From Eukaryota sp. GEM-RC1 (lineage: Eukaryota): a stretch of DNA of 64,000 nt. Positions 37,167-48,524 of this stretch are shown in pieces. Each line of letters begins with the position of its first letter. The first letter of the stretch is position 1. The position numbers and the translations under genes are program-made. The stretch is from positions 1,798,001-1,862,000 of the forward strand of contig JAUFOQ010000001.1 in the NCBI GenBank assembly GCA_040285855.1. The letters are read 5' to 3'. Below the pieces are notes generated by a model. It searched no databases, was not told the origin of the DNA, and saw nothing but the letters and a program-made list of their open reading frames with translations.

Positions 37167-37725
37167 CATGTTAAAGAGAATCAAAAATATTAATTTAATT
37201 CTTTAATTCTATTTAATAAAAAAAATGAGTAAATATCATTTATTCAATGGTATTTATTTTTTAATAAAAAAGAATTAGCTTTTATGATAAGTTGTTGGAA
37301 TAAAATGATTTTATTTTTTAATAAATGATTGAAGGAAGTTTCACTCAATAATATTGTTTCGATCAAACTGAAATTAAAATAGTAATGTCTATCGATATTA
37401 ATGTAATCAAACCATGGGATTTGTCAATGGATTTAGAACACTTACGAAAACCAAATATGTTTTTAGGTAAATTACGAAGACCAAATACATTTAAACGTTT
37501 TTTAGATAATATATTTGAGGACTATCAGGAAATAAGCTATCGACAAGCTGATATAATTTTGATGAATATCAATGATGATTCTTGTATCAATTTTCTCAAA
37601 TTATATATGGAAATGCGGCATTATAATAGAAAATATGTTCTTGAATCGTGTAGTCCAAATTTGTTAGTATTTGTACCATTTAATCCTTTTTCCATAACAA
37701 AAAAAAATGATTTTATTTTTTAATA

Positions 37726-38106
37726 ATGGAAGATTTAGTAGATATCTATAATAATATTTATAAGATATGCAATTATGAACATATTGATAAATTACCAATA
37801 AGTACAAAACATCGTTTATTGTTTAGTCTAATTATAATTGAAAATGACATAAATATGTTTAAACCAGTACCAATCAAGTTAATCAAATCAGTTCTTGAAG
37901 ATGATTGTAATGTGTTTTTAATGTTTCCCGATTATTTAAAAAATAATGTTGAAATCGCCAAATTAGCAATCGAATCTGAAATGAATTATCCATGCTTTGA
38001 TTATATCGATCCATATTCTTGGATTTTGAGTAATTGTTCTAAAGAGATAGCAGCACATAAAGATATTAAGGAAATACGCGAAAAGTATGGTGTGTATGGA
38101 TTATAG
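37726..38106 (+). CDS. Short DUF4116-like protein
   Basis: FPDYLKNNVEIAKLAI, NCSKEI. Confidence 0.55.
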   Translation: MEDLVDIYNNIYKICNYEHIDKLPISTKHRLLFSLIIIENDINMFKPVPIKLIKSVLEDDCNVFLMFPDYLKNNVEIAKLAIESEMNYPCFDYIDPYSWILSNCSKEIAAHKDIKEIREKYGVYGL

Positions 38107-38131
38107 AAATAAATGATTTTTATTTTTATAA

Positions 38132-39153
38132 ATGGTTACTGATACGTTGACATATGAAATTTACAAACAAGGTAACAACCGTCTAAAATTCAAAATGTCA
38201 ATTATAAATGAAAGATTCAATAAGTGGTTATATAAAGAAATTGTCTATAAGAGTAATCCTATTAATAGAATGTCTCATTTAGATGATCGATATGCTGATG
38301 TGTATTTCTATATTAAAGATAGTGACAAGTATGATTATGAATTAGTAACTGATTACATTGTAGATTTTGCTACTTTGCCCAAGAAATATCACAATACAAG
38401 ATTGTATATTAAAGATTTATATATTGGTGTTGAATATAATAATATTTTGCTTGATTTTATTGAAAGTAATATAATATGTAATACATTTCATTGTGATTAT
38501 CATTATGGTTTAATATTAAAAATAAATATGTTGAAAAAATTGAATTAGATATTGATTATGATAATGGAGAACAGTTTGATTCATTAAATCCAGAAAATTT
38601 TGGAATATTAGATTATGAATTAAGAACCAATGATTCTATTATTATTTTGGCATCACGTTTTAAAAACATTGGAGTTTGTATTACGAATAAATATAGACAA
38701 AATCTTAAAATAAAATATGGAAATGAACTTATTTCATTGGGTTCAAATAATAAAGATATTAGAGTATATATTAGGAATTCTAAAATAGTTGGCCTCTATT
38801 ACGAAAAAATAATAACAGAAGAAATAATTGAACCACCAAATATTAAAAATGTCACGTTACATTTAATTAGTAATAATTCAGCTAGTATACAAAAACAATT
38901 AATATCCTACAATGAAGAAACAATGTTATTTAAAATATATGCTAAAGAATCTGATGATTCAATAATGGAATTTCGAATTAAAAATTACAAAATCGAATCA
39001 TTTGTGTTTTATGATGGTTTATTTAATGTTCCCGAAAACAACATTTATGATGTGTTTATATCTCAAAAAATTGGCATGGTAGTAAAATCCCCGATAAAGA
39101 AACTAATCATGTATATTATAAAAATGCATATTTCATTACATTCCAATAAATAA
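38132..39153 (+). CDS. F-box-like family protein, frameshifted; close paralog of 39197..40213
   Basis: YYIKxSDKYDxEL, YDNGEQF, SRFKN, ISLGSNN shared. Confidence 0.7.
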
Positions 39154-39196
39154 ATATTATCGATATATCATCAAAAAATGATTTTATTTTTTATAA

Positions 39197-40213
39197 ATGC
39201 TAACTGATAGTTTAAAACATGAAATCTATCGACAATGTCATGATCTTGTTAAATTCAAGATATCATATATCAACAAAAAATTTCGTAAAAGATTTTATAA
39301 GAAAATTGTATATGGTCATGAATGTTTTTCAATAGCTGATGGTAAATATTACATTAAAGAAAGTGACAAGTATGATCATGAATTAATAACTAATGAGGTT
39401 GTCTATATTGATGATATTCATCAAGAATATCGTGAAACAAGATTACATATTAAAGAATTATTTATTTGGACTAAGGAGGAATTATCATTGTTATTAGATA
39501 GTAAAATAATATTTGACGAGTTATATTATTTTAATGATTTGGTCTTATTGAAAAATATTCCTGTTAAAAAATTAATACTTGGTACATCATATGATAATGG
39601 TGAACAATTTACTGAATTAAATCATGAAAATATTGAAATGTTAACATATCCATTAAAAAATGATACAAACATGATTATTTTAACATCACGTTTTAAGAAT
39701 GTTTATGTTTGTATTACTAATAAATATAAACGAAATCTTGAAATGAAATATGGTGATGAAATTATTTCATTGGGTTCAAATAATCGCAATATTCAAGTGA
39801 ATATAACTAATTCTAAAATAACCATGTTAAGTTATGAAAAATTTATAAGTGATGACGTACTAGAATTACCAAAGAATGAAAGATTTGAAATTATTTTAAT
39901 GCCCGACTCTAAATTTAAGGTACACACACAATTAATCTCTCATAATGGTGAAACAATGTTGTTTAAAATGTATAAACATAAAGATGATGGCGTTTTAATG
40001 AAAATCAATGTTGACAAATCAGAGATTGTATCTTTGGAATTTTATAATTGTTTATTTAGTGTTCCTGCTGATAATATTTATGATGTATTCATTTGTGATA
40101 GTTATTTATTATTGGGTAATAATCCTGATGATATTGAGCATTATCATAATGGAGAGAGATATTATTATATACCTGTAGATAATTATTTATTATATTTTGT
40201 TGATCAAAAATGA
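39197..40213 (+). CDS. F-box-like family protein (intact)
   Basis: MLTDSLKHEIY...ISYINKKFR N-terminus; 338 aa. Confidence 0.7.
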   Translation: MLTDSLKHEIYRQCHDLVKFKISYINKKFRKRFYKKIVYGHECFSIADGKYYIKESDKYDHELITNEVVYIDDIHQEYRETRLHIKELFIWTKEELSLLLDSKIIFDELYYFNDLVLLKNIPVKKLILGTSYDNGEQFTELNHENIEMLTYPLKNDTNMIILTSRFKNVYVCITNKYKRNLEMKYGDEIISLGSNNRNIQVNITNSKITMLSYEKFISDDVLELPKNERFEIILMPDSKFKVHTQLISHNGETMLFKMYKHKDDGVLMKINVDKSEIVSLEFYNCLFSVPADNIYDVFICDSYLLLGNNPDDIEHYHNGERYYYIPVDNYLLYFVDQK

Positions 40214-40229
40214 TTATTTTTTTTATAAA

Positions 40230-41528
40230 ATGTTGGAAAGTCTAATACATTGTAGATATAGTTATACTCCACATGATTGCTTAAGAAAATCATACATCAC
40301 AACCGTGAGATTACGCCAAGTTCCAGATGAGCATATTATTTTTAAAGGATTCGATTATGTAGTTACTAAGGATGCTGAATTATTTCCTTGTAATGAACAA
40401 TTATGGTTTGAAGCAATTCATCCAAGGTATCGCAGGTGTAAAGGTTCTGTTAGTACTCTGGTTATTCGAGAAATTACTGATGAATTTAGAAATACTAAGT
40501 TGCGTTATGGTAGACTAATCGTTTATGTATCGTTTACAAAAATTGTAATACATAAATGGTGGGATGCAGATATTGAGAAAAACCTAGAAATTGTAAAAAA
40601 ATAATCGAAAGTTTTTCTGTGGATACTGTACAATGTCAACGCCAAGTCAGCGTAGAATTCATTATAATTACATGCCTTTACTCAAGGCAAAATTAACAAA
40701 TCCCAGATGTTGGGACTTTGACAATCTTGCTAGAATATGTCTATGGGATTATCATGATCGACGTTACAAATCATATCCTCCAATAAGACAATGTAAACTT
40801 TACAAAGGATTAACAGACGTTAAAGTTTCTACCAAAGAAGAGTTTTTGAAAAATATTTTGTTATTTAAATCAAGGAATAAAATGATTTATTTTTTTATAA
40901 AATGCTTAATAGTTTAGTCTATGAAATTCTACAGAATTCTTCCCACAAAACTAAAGAGAAATTGGTTGTGGTTTCAAAGCGATTTAATTCTATCTCATTG
41001 GGTCCCATAATTTTCAAGGGAAAGGATTACATAATTGCTAATAACCAAATACTTCCAAGAAATCCAGTATATTTCGAAAACATTCCTCCTAGACATCGTA
41101 AAAGGAATTTTTATATTAAAGAATTGAGGATACGAAAAATCACCAAAGAATTTAGGAAAAGTAAATTGCGTTATGATCGATTGATTATTGTGGATCCACC
41201 AAAACTTGAAAATCAAAATACAAACACATATCCTGAGATAACTCGAAGGTTACATCAAGAGATTAATTTCCTTAGTTTAATCTATAGAGAGGGAAAAATA
41301 TATGGATTCACCTACATTATTCATCAGCGTATTGATGATGATTATTTCCATACTATATGTATTTATCCTTATAATCTTGGATTCATTTTAAAAACCCATC
41401 AATGCACTGGGCTTAGACCCTACATATTTGCTGTGGGGGTAGATTTATGTTTTATTAAAGATGTAGTATTATCTGGTGTAAGATTTCCATTAAGGAGATG
41501 TGAATTAAGACCATTAAATAAAAAGTGA
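40230..41528 (+). CDS. Two paralogous F-box-like family genes (starts 40230 and 40902)
   Basis: IIFKGxDY, IxPRxR, IRxITxEFRxxKLRYxRLI shared; MLNSLVYEIL...VSKRFNSIS. Confidence 0.6.
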
Positions 41529-41543
41529 ATTATTTTTTATAAA

Positions 41544-42982
41544 ATGGAAGACGTTATATATAAAAAATATGGATTGTATCCTAAAGATGTGATCATACGA
41601 GATGAAAATTACTGTATAAGTGAAGAAACAACTGGTTATAAGTTATTCATTCTTTTGATGATCATATTCAACATAACCATGGCTATTTTAAAATTAAAGA
41701 ATTTTTGGAAACATATTCTTTTAATTTACCAATTGAGGTTGTTGACATCATTGATTTTGATGGATATAGACAAGAAGATGTTGATGATTTTTAGATAATA
41801 ATATATTTTCACGAAAAATTTATGTGGAATATTCTAATGTCAATTTATCAAAAATAAGAAGTAAATGTGATCATTTGGATATGACAAAAGATGACCTTGA
41901 ATATGATGATTATACAAAGGATTATTTTGAAAGAATTGAAGATGCTAAATTTGAAAGTTTTGATTTTAATTTGAGTAGTATATATAATGTCATTCACTTG
42001 CCATATATTAAAAATATTTCTGCAAAAGATTATTCATCATAGAGATCTTCCTTTAGCAATCGTGTATGGTAGTGAACGTTATCAATTAATGAGTCATCAT
42101 TGTCAATTAAAGGTTGTTATACGAAATTATGAAATTGTATCAATGTTAACTATCAATTAATAAATTTCATGGAGAAAACTTCTTTTCAATATCAATTAAT
42201 AAATTTCATGGAGAAAAAAATGATTTTTTTTTAAAGAAAAATGAGGCCCCAAAAGTTCAAAAAATCGAACTGACTGACCGTCTTACCATGCCGATCTATG
42301 ATCATTGTTCTCAACAAAAAAAGAAAGCATTAGGTCTCTTTAGACCAAAAGCCAAAGAACTTCACAAACAATTGACTGTTTTTGAAAATGATTATTTTCA
42401 TATCTTTGAAAAAAGTGGTGGTGGTTTTTATTTAGACGCCAAGTACGCATATTCCCAATTTTGGAGAGTTCGAATGAATTCTCTTAAAGAACAAATTCCC
42501 CATTTACTTCACTTACCAATCAATCTGAATGTTTTACATTTGAATGAAAGTGATTATGATGACTTTCTTGCTTGCAATTTGGAAACCAAAAAAAATTAGT
42601 CTCAATCGTGATGATGATTTCACAAAACTAAAACATGTGAAAATGAATGTTATTTTGATCGACCAATTGGTGATTACTACGACGAGTTCTATGAGAAGGT
42701 TGTAAAATGGATTTGAAATCACTTGAATTTGAATATGTTTTTTATGAGGGTACTTTTACTTTACCTCATGTTGAAAATTTGATAGTCCGACTTGGTGATA
42801 ATCATCCCGAACAACCTACTACAGCGACATATCACTTAACCATAATTTATGGTGATCAACAATTTCAGATTAGGTATGACACTGCACTTTCCTTAACTAT
42901 CAAAAATTATAAGTTGTGGAGTAATTATTCTCATGATGGAGAGGGAGAAATTGACGAATGTATTATTACTAAAATTGAATAA
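41544..42982 (+). CDS. Two more fragmented members of the same family (starts 41544 and 42241)
   Basis: Own AAAA(G)TGA motifs; weak similarity to the family body. Confidence 0.4.
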
Positions 42983-43518
42983 AACTTTTTATATTATATT
43001 ATATACATAATAACAATATGGTTCCTCTTTATCCGAGAACTGTATTAGATATTTCTTTGGATGAATTAAATGAAGAAATCAAACCATTTAAATATTCAGA
43101 TTTTGGATTTGATCGTAGTGTAAGACGTATAGAAGGAATTGTTATTAGAAATTTAGATTATACATTTACATTTAAATTACTTAATGATGAATATAAATAA
43201 TTTTTTTTTAATAAAAAAATGATTTTAATCAATAGAAAATGCATCCTACTTTGCATTATTCTTCATGTTTGACAAGTTCATATCCTACAATAAAAGAATC
43301 TCCCTCAATTAGAGAAATTGATGAAACTATTGAAAATATAAAAAAGGAATATATCGATTTAATACTCTTCCAGAAAGTTTAAGAAATTGTGAAGACGTTG
43401 CACTAGTCGCTGTTAAAAAGGATTGGACGAATTTTCAACATTGCTCAGAAGAATTGAAAAACAAAGCATCTTTTGTTATAAAATTATTAACTAAATAAAG
43501 ATCTTTATTTTTTATTAA

Positions 43519-44286
43519 ATGGAACGATTTAGTAAAATTATTTTTACTCGTGAAATTTTTAACAAAAACGACTCATGTATAGTAACAGCATATGCAAGGG
43601 TACTTCATGACCCAAAACCAATTGATGAAATGATTGTATTGACAACATTTAAAGATTTATCACATTATTACAAGAAAATGTTTTGTAGACGTTGTATATT
43701 ATTTAGAAAAGATAATGACTTTGTAAAAAAAATGGCAAGAATATATCATGATGATTTTGATAAATACATTCACGAATTAACCTTTCCTCTTGACTTTCAA
43801 AATTACAACAAAATAGCTAAGGCATTTAGTAATATTTCTATTATTGATAATAACAAAATAAGTCGTCCTATATATGGAGCTGTTGCTGGATTTATTAAAA
43901 TGCTGAAAGGCAACATAAGTGAAGGTCTCATTCATGTAGACTTTGTTATCTTTTACATGTTGATGACGTTTAAATGTGATTTTAAATTAATGAAATGTAA
44001 ACATCAACCAATAACATATTGGCCTCCAAGAAAGACAGATGCATATCATTTGAATAAACGATCGGTATTCTTGATTATTCCAAAACATAGTTTTTATAAA
44101 ATGAAGGAATTACTTGATGATAATGAAGATGTAATGTATGCGAAATTTAAAAGTGTAATGGGTGATTCAAACTTGTTATATTTATATGATTATGCAGTTC
44201 TCACACTTAACCAAGAACATGCAATCGAATATAGATTTAATCATGTTTTACATAAATATGAGATTGATAATTTTATTTATTCATAA
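43519..44286 (+). CDS. Hypothetical protein
   Basis: 255-aa intact ORF. Confidence 0.6.
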   Translation: MERFSKIIFTREIFNKNDSCIVTAYARVLHDPKPIDEMIVLTTFKDLSHYYKKMFCRRCILFRKDNDFVKKMARIYHDDFDKYIHELTFPLDFQNYNKIAKAFSNISIIDNNKISRPIYGAVAGFIKMLKGNISEGLIHVDFVIFYMLMTFKCDFKLMKCKHQPITYWPPRKTDAYHLNKRSVFLIIPKHSFYKMKELLDDNEDVMYAKFKSVMGDSNLLYLYDYAVLTLNQEHAIEYRFNHVLHKYEIDNFIYS

Positions 44287-44366
44287 ATTTTTTTATTATT
44301 TATTATTTTAAAAGGAAAATGAATGATATAATAAAAATTGATATATTTATTTGGTAGTTTATTCTT

Positions 44367-44654
44367 ATGAATTCCTGTGTTATACCTGATTTTACTTCAT
44401 CTCTTCGTAAAGTCGATGGAAGAATTGGTTCGTTATACAAACATAACTACCACAATGTGATTTGTAGATGGAAAGAATTTGATCTCGAATTATTTTACGA
44501 GACAAACAAACTAGCTAATGAAGACTTTGCCAAATTCAACAACAAAATTTGCACACTAGAATCTTCTAAAGCTGGCATCTTTGTCAGTGTCCCCTATTCG
44601 CTCAAAAAAATCCAACTCTATTTCCAAGAACCCACCGATTATCAAAGACATTAA
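44367..44654 (+). CDS. R-x-GW family small protein, member 1
   Basis: DGRIGSLY...GIFVSVP; double promoter. Confidence 0.65.
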   Translation: MNSCVIPDFTSSLRKVDGRIGSLYKHNYHNVICRWKEFDLELFYETNKLANEDFAKFNNKICTLESSKAGIFVSVPYSLKKIQLYFQEPTDYQRH

Positions 44655-44790
44655 AAAATCTGTACATTTTCTTAAAAACAAACTCCGTAAACATGTTGTA
44701 TAAATATTATTATTCTTATTCTTATTATTTACACCACTTATTTATTTTTTTTACAAAAAATGATTATTATTAATTATTATATTCAACCTC

Positions 44791-45075
44791 ATGAATTTTG
44801 CTATTCCTAGTCTTGCTTATTTCGATGTTTGTTGGAGAGTTAGTGATGATAGAATGGGCTGGTACTTTATGCCCAATGATGATGAAGATGTATCTGTTTG
44901 GTATACAGATGTGATTGAAGAAATCAATGAACTAAACATTTTCCCCCACTATAAATTCATCATTGAATCAATTGGAAATGGATATTTCATTTCTATCCCT
45001 AATCCATTATCTAGCCCTATACGAATTAAACCTCTTAGAATTAGAAAGAGGATCATGAGAACTTATCTCAAATAA
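44791..45075 (+). CDS. R-x-GW family small protein, member 2
   Basis: DDRMGWYF...GYFISIP. Confidence 0.7.
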   Translation: MNFAIPSLAYFDVCWRVSDDRMGWYFMPNDDEDVSVWYTDVIEEINELNIFPHYKFIIESIGNGYFISIPNPLSSPIRIKPLRIRKRIMRTYLK

Positions 45076-45100
45076 ATCTTTTATTTTTTTATCTTGGAAG

Positions 45101-45127
45101 AAAAATGATCAACATATTAAAAATTGA
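45101..45127 (+). promoter_or_regulatory. Representative double promoter AAAAATGA-N-AAAATTGA (cores 19 bp apart); single AAAA(T/G)TGA motifs precede most genes in the window
   Basis: Motif lies shortly upstream of start codons, flips strand with gene orientation, and resembles the mimivirus early promoter AAAATTGA. Confidence 0.75.
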
Positions 45128-45152
45128 ATAATTATATCAATAGTTTATTCTA

Positions 45153-45506
45153 ATGATTGGACCCAAGCCCGAACTTGATAATATTCATGTCTCCTGGTTG
45201 GAGACTAATGATCGAATGGGATGGCTTTTCGAAGTCATCGAACCTATTGGTGATGTCTATGACGGATTTGACCTTGCTTTTCTGTTAAATGGTCATGATT
45301 GTGATGAATGTAATTACTATCATGATAGAATTGCCACATTATTCCCAAACCACAGAAAAAAATATTCCTTTATAGATGGTGGATTATTTGTATCCATCGA
45401 GAAACCAATTTTTCGAAACATTAAGATCGTGAAAACGATTAGAAAATTCGCAAATACGAGCATTGCTATCAGTAGAAAGAAACTCGCTGAATTCTTGAAC
45501 TTATAA
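45153..45506 (+). CDS. R-x-GW family small protein, member 3
   Basis: NDRMGWLF...GLFVSIEKP. Confidence 0.75.
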   Translation: MIGPKPELDNIHVSWLETNDRMGWLFEVIEPIGDVYDGFDLAFLLNGHDCDECNYYHDRIATLFPNHRKKYSFIDGGLFVSIEKPIFRNIKIVKTIRKFANTSIAISRKKLAEFLNL

Positions 45507-45645
45507 ATCTCTGTAATTATTATTTATATACACCATATACATACACCATACAGATATTTGTTATTTCATTTATTTATTTTTTATGCATTGTAGGAAAATG
45601 ATCTACTTTATAAAATTGAATAATTATATTAGTAGTTTATTCTGA

Positions 45646-45986
45646 ATGATTGGACCTAAACCTGAACTTGAGAATTTTTCCGTCTCCTGGTTGGAGACTA
45701 ATAATGGTAGAGTTGGTTGGCTTCTAAAAGTCATTAAACCAATAGGTGATGTACCGAATGTGTCCATATTGCGTTTTTGTTAACGTCTCTCCACAATTAT
45801 GATGAGGGCAAGTATTATCGTGAAAAACTTGCCACGTTATTTCCTGACGACCACAAAACCTATACCTATGTTGATGATGGATTATTTATATCCATTAAAA
45901 GCCAATTGACCCCATACTTAAAAAAGTATAGGAAAATGATGCTTCCTAGTAATAAGAATAAACTAGCTAAATTCTGGAACCTATAA
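45646..45986 (+). CDS. R-x-GW family small protein, member 4; recent duplicate of member 3, frameshifted
   Basis: MIGPKPELENFSVSWLETNNGRVGWLL; near-identical 5' and 3' flanks to member 3. Confidence 0.7.
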
Positions 45987-46099
45987 ACCTCTGTAATTAT
46001 ATTATTTATAGATATTAGTTTTTCATTTATTTTAGTAATATGATTTTTGGAGAAAAATGATTACACTTCTAAAAAATGATTATAATCATTAGTGATATA

Positions 46100-46178
46100 A
46101 TAATGTAAACCGGAAAGGTGATCATTACGATCAACTGAGTACATTGTCCCTGCATAGTTTTATCTATAGCGTTTGCAT
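46100..46178 (+). ncRNA. Candidate small structured RNA (three-way junction)
   Basis: Behind a double promoter, only ATG-TAA; ATAATGTA/TACATTGT encloses ACC/GGT and TGATC/GATCA hairpins. Confidence 0.35.
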
Positions 46179-46260
46179 ACTTATATTTTTTATTTTTGAT
46201 AAATAAAAAAAATGATTAATTCCCCAAAAAGTGATTTTTATTTTTTAATAGATCAATCTC

Positions 46261-46508
46261 ATGGAACTAGTTAATCCCAATATGCCCGAGTTCTTTGTGG
46301 AATTCCGCGAAGAAGATGACAGAAAAGGATGGCTGATACAATCTGATGGATCTAATGAATCAGATTTAATGATGGACACTTTTGCCATGGTTGTAATTGT
46401 CCTGCATGTATTGGAAATCATATCCATTTACATTCTCTCTATGACAAGTTTTCCCCAACCTATACCATAACAAGTAATTCTATTTTTATCTCTATTAGTA
46501 AAGAATAA
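46261..46508 (+). CDS. R-x-GW family small protein, member 5, frameshifted
   Basis: EFFVEFREEDDRKGWLI...SIFISISKE. Confidence 0.65.
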
Positions 46509-46577
46509 TCTCAATAAATTCTTTATTTTTTCAATTTAAAGAAAAATGAATTAGTGACTAAAAATGATTTTATTTAT

Positions 46578-46707
46578 TAGTGTATTGACTCCTATCTTTA
46601 CATTGAACGTTTTATAAGTTATTAGATATTCACATATTTAATAACGTAATGGTAGGATCCATTATTAAAATGAAACTCAATTGTAATGCATACAGTCAAT
46701 GATATTA
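46578..46707 (+). ncRNA. Candidate Y-shaped structured non-coding RNA (~130 nt)
   Basis: Behind a double promoter, no substantial ORF; five compatible nested helices, T-tract downstream. Confidence 0.5.
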
Positions 46708-46749
46708 TTTATTTTTTTTCGTATTTAAAAATGATTTTTTTTTAAATAA

Positions 46750-48476
46750 ATGTTTAGTGATACTATTTACAGGTTAGCTCAGAATTATACCACCATGTCA
46801 GATTATTCTTCCATTGGTGAGAGGTTCTTTTAGAATCCAAGGAATAAGACAACCGAATCCTGTAAAAATAGTATACGATAGTAAATATGATAGGGATTTT
46901 GAAAGTTGTGATTCCTCTCCCGTGCCAATTGATAATATCAAGAATATCACATTCAAAAAATATAATGATAATCAAGAATTTACCTATTCGGATATTGGAA
47001 AAGTAATGCCTAAAAAGTATTCGAAATTCCATGTTCGTAATGTACAAGAATATATTGATTCTCATATTATTGCCGATGAATTAATAGTTAATTCAATGGA
47101 AAATTTAAATTTATTAGAATCAAAAATTCCTAAAAAATTGACATGTTACTTTGAAACAACTCTGGATGTATTTGATTCAATGATGAAGTTTTCTAGTGTT
47201 GAATATAAAGTAAAAGGATCGGTTATTAAAATACCAAATGTTAAATGGGGAGTAATTCATATTATTCCTACCGAAAACGTTACTAAATTAATATTTAATG
47301 GAACCGTTGAAATACATGAAGGAATAGAACCAAAACTGTATACGTATATGATAATCATATGCGAGTTATGTCATTTAAAGATGACAAGGTTGAGTTTTTC
47401 CAAAAAAAATTCCCAACTATTTATGAAGAAGCTTTATATCTTTTCAATACATGAATCCCGAAGAAAATCCAATTGATTACATTCAAGTAATCACGGCTAT
47501 TCAATATGGTTATGAAGATTATTTAGATAAAATAACCAACATTAATTATAATAGTAGAAATTATTATTTATATGTCTACTTTATAAAAAATAATTTAATT
47601 TTTATTAAAATACAATTTATTTTTTACATTTAATGGAGTTCTTTGATAGTACTGAAAATTTAAAATGTGAAGAAGGTGTATATTATGCACAATCATTAGC
47701 AATGTTTGGTATCAATTCATATTTTATTGAATTGGAAGATTATTCTGTTGATTGTTGTTTTAGAGAATTAAATGTTTGTCAAGATGAATTTGAAATGTTT
47801 CGTGATTCAAATATTAAAATTGAAACTATACTCACCAAAATAACAAATCCACATACTGATTTTAGTCCATTAAATGATAAAGAACGACTTCAAGCAATTA
47901 TAATTGAATCTGAATTGAATAAACGTGATTATCAAATTTTATTAAATAATTTATCAGTATTAAAATTAAAACTATTAATTGTGACTAATAAATATAAATT
48001 AAGTACAGTTACTTATAATGTGGATTTTCCATTTATAGATTTTGTAATTTTGGGATTTCCTAATAAAAAACCATTATTTAGAAATCCAGTAATTTCATTT
48101 ACAGGAATGGTTAAAGATAAATTACAAATTGGAGCATTAGTTGAAGTAAAAGTTAATGTAATATTAAAAAATTATATGTACAATGTAAAATAAATCTAAA
48201 GAAATAGTTCAATCAAAGATTGATGTTATAATATGCTATGATGAAGATGATGATGAATTCGCATATTTTCAACAATTCTTGACTGATAGAACTGGAACGA
48301 TAATTGAAAAAACCAATCCAGGACATGAACGATATGGGGTTTATCAATATGGTGGATTAACTATATATTCGGTGGAATATTGGGATAATGATCCAATTGG
48401 TGAAGTTATAAAAAAGAATATTGTGAGGTTTGTAAATATGGAACTGGTTATGAATATATTCATTGTTATCATATAA
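46750..48476 (+). CDS. Two fragmented hypothetical genes (starts 46750 and 47633), the second related to the 38-42 kb family body
   Basis: FRELNVCQDEFEMFRDSNIKIETI resembles the family motif. Confidence 0.45.
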
Positions 48477-48524
48477 ATGAAATAAAAGCTTTATTATAGT
48501 AAAAAGTGATTTTATTTTTTAATA

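Noticed and set aside
43519..44286. Inactive M16 peptidase (DLSHYYKKM)
   Set aside because: Resemblance limited to a few residues, with no HxxEH
46100..46150. Hammerhead ribozyme or C/D snoRNA (GAAA, CTGAG, GTGATCA present)
   Set aside because: No CUGANGA core, one helix too few, and the boxes are not in canonical positions
46598..46609. 12-mer TTACATTGAACG shared by the ncRNA candidate and the 32-bp repeat
   Set aside because: Too short to exclude chance in AT-rich DNA
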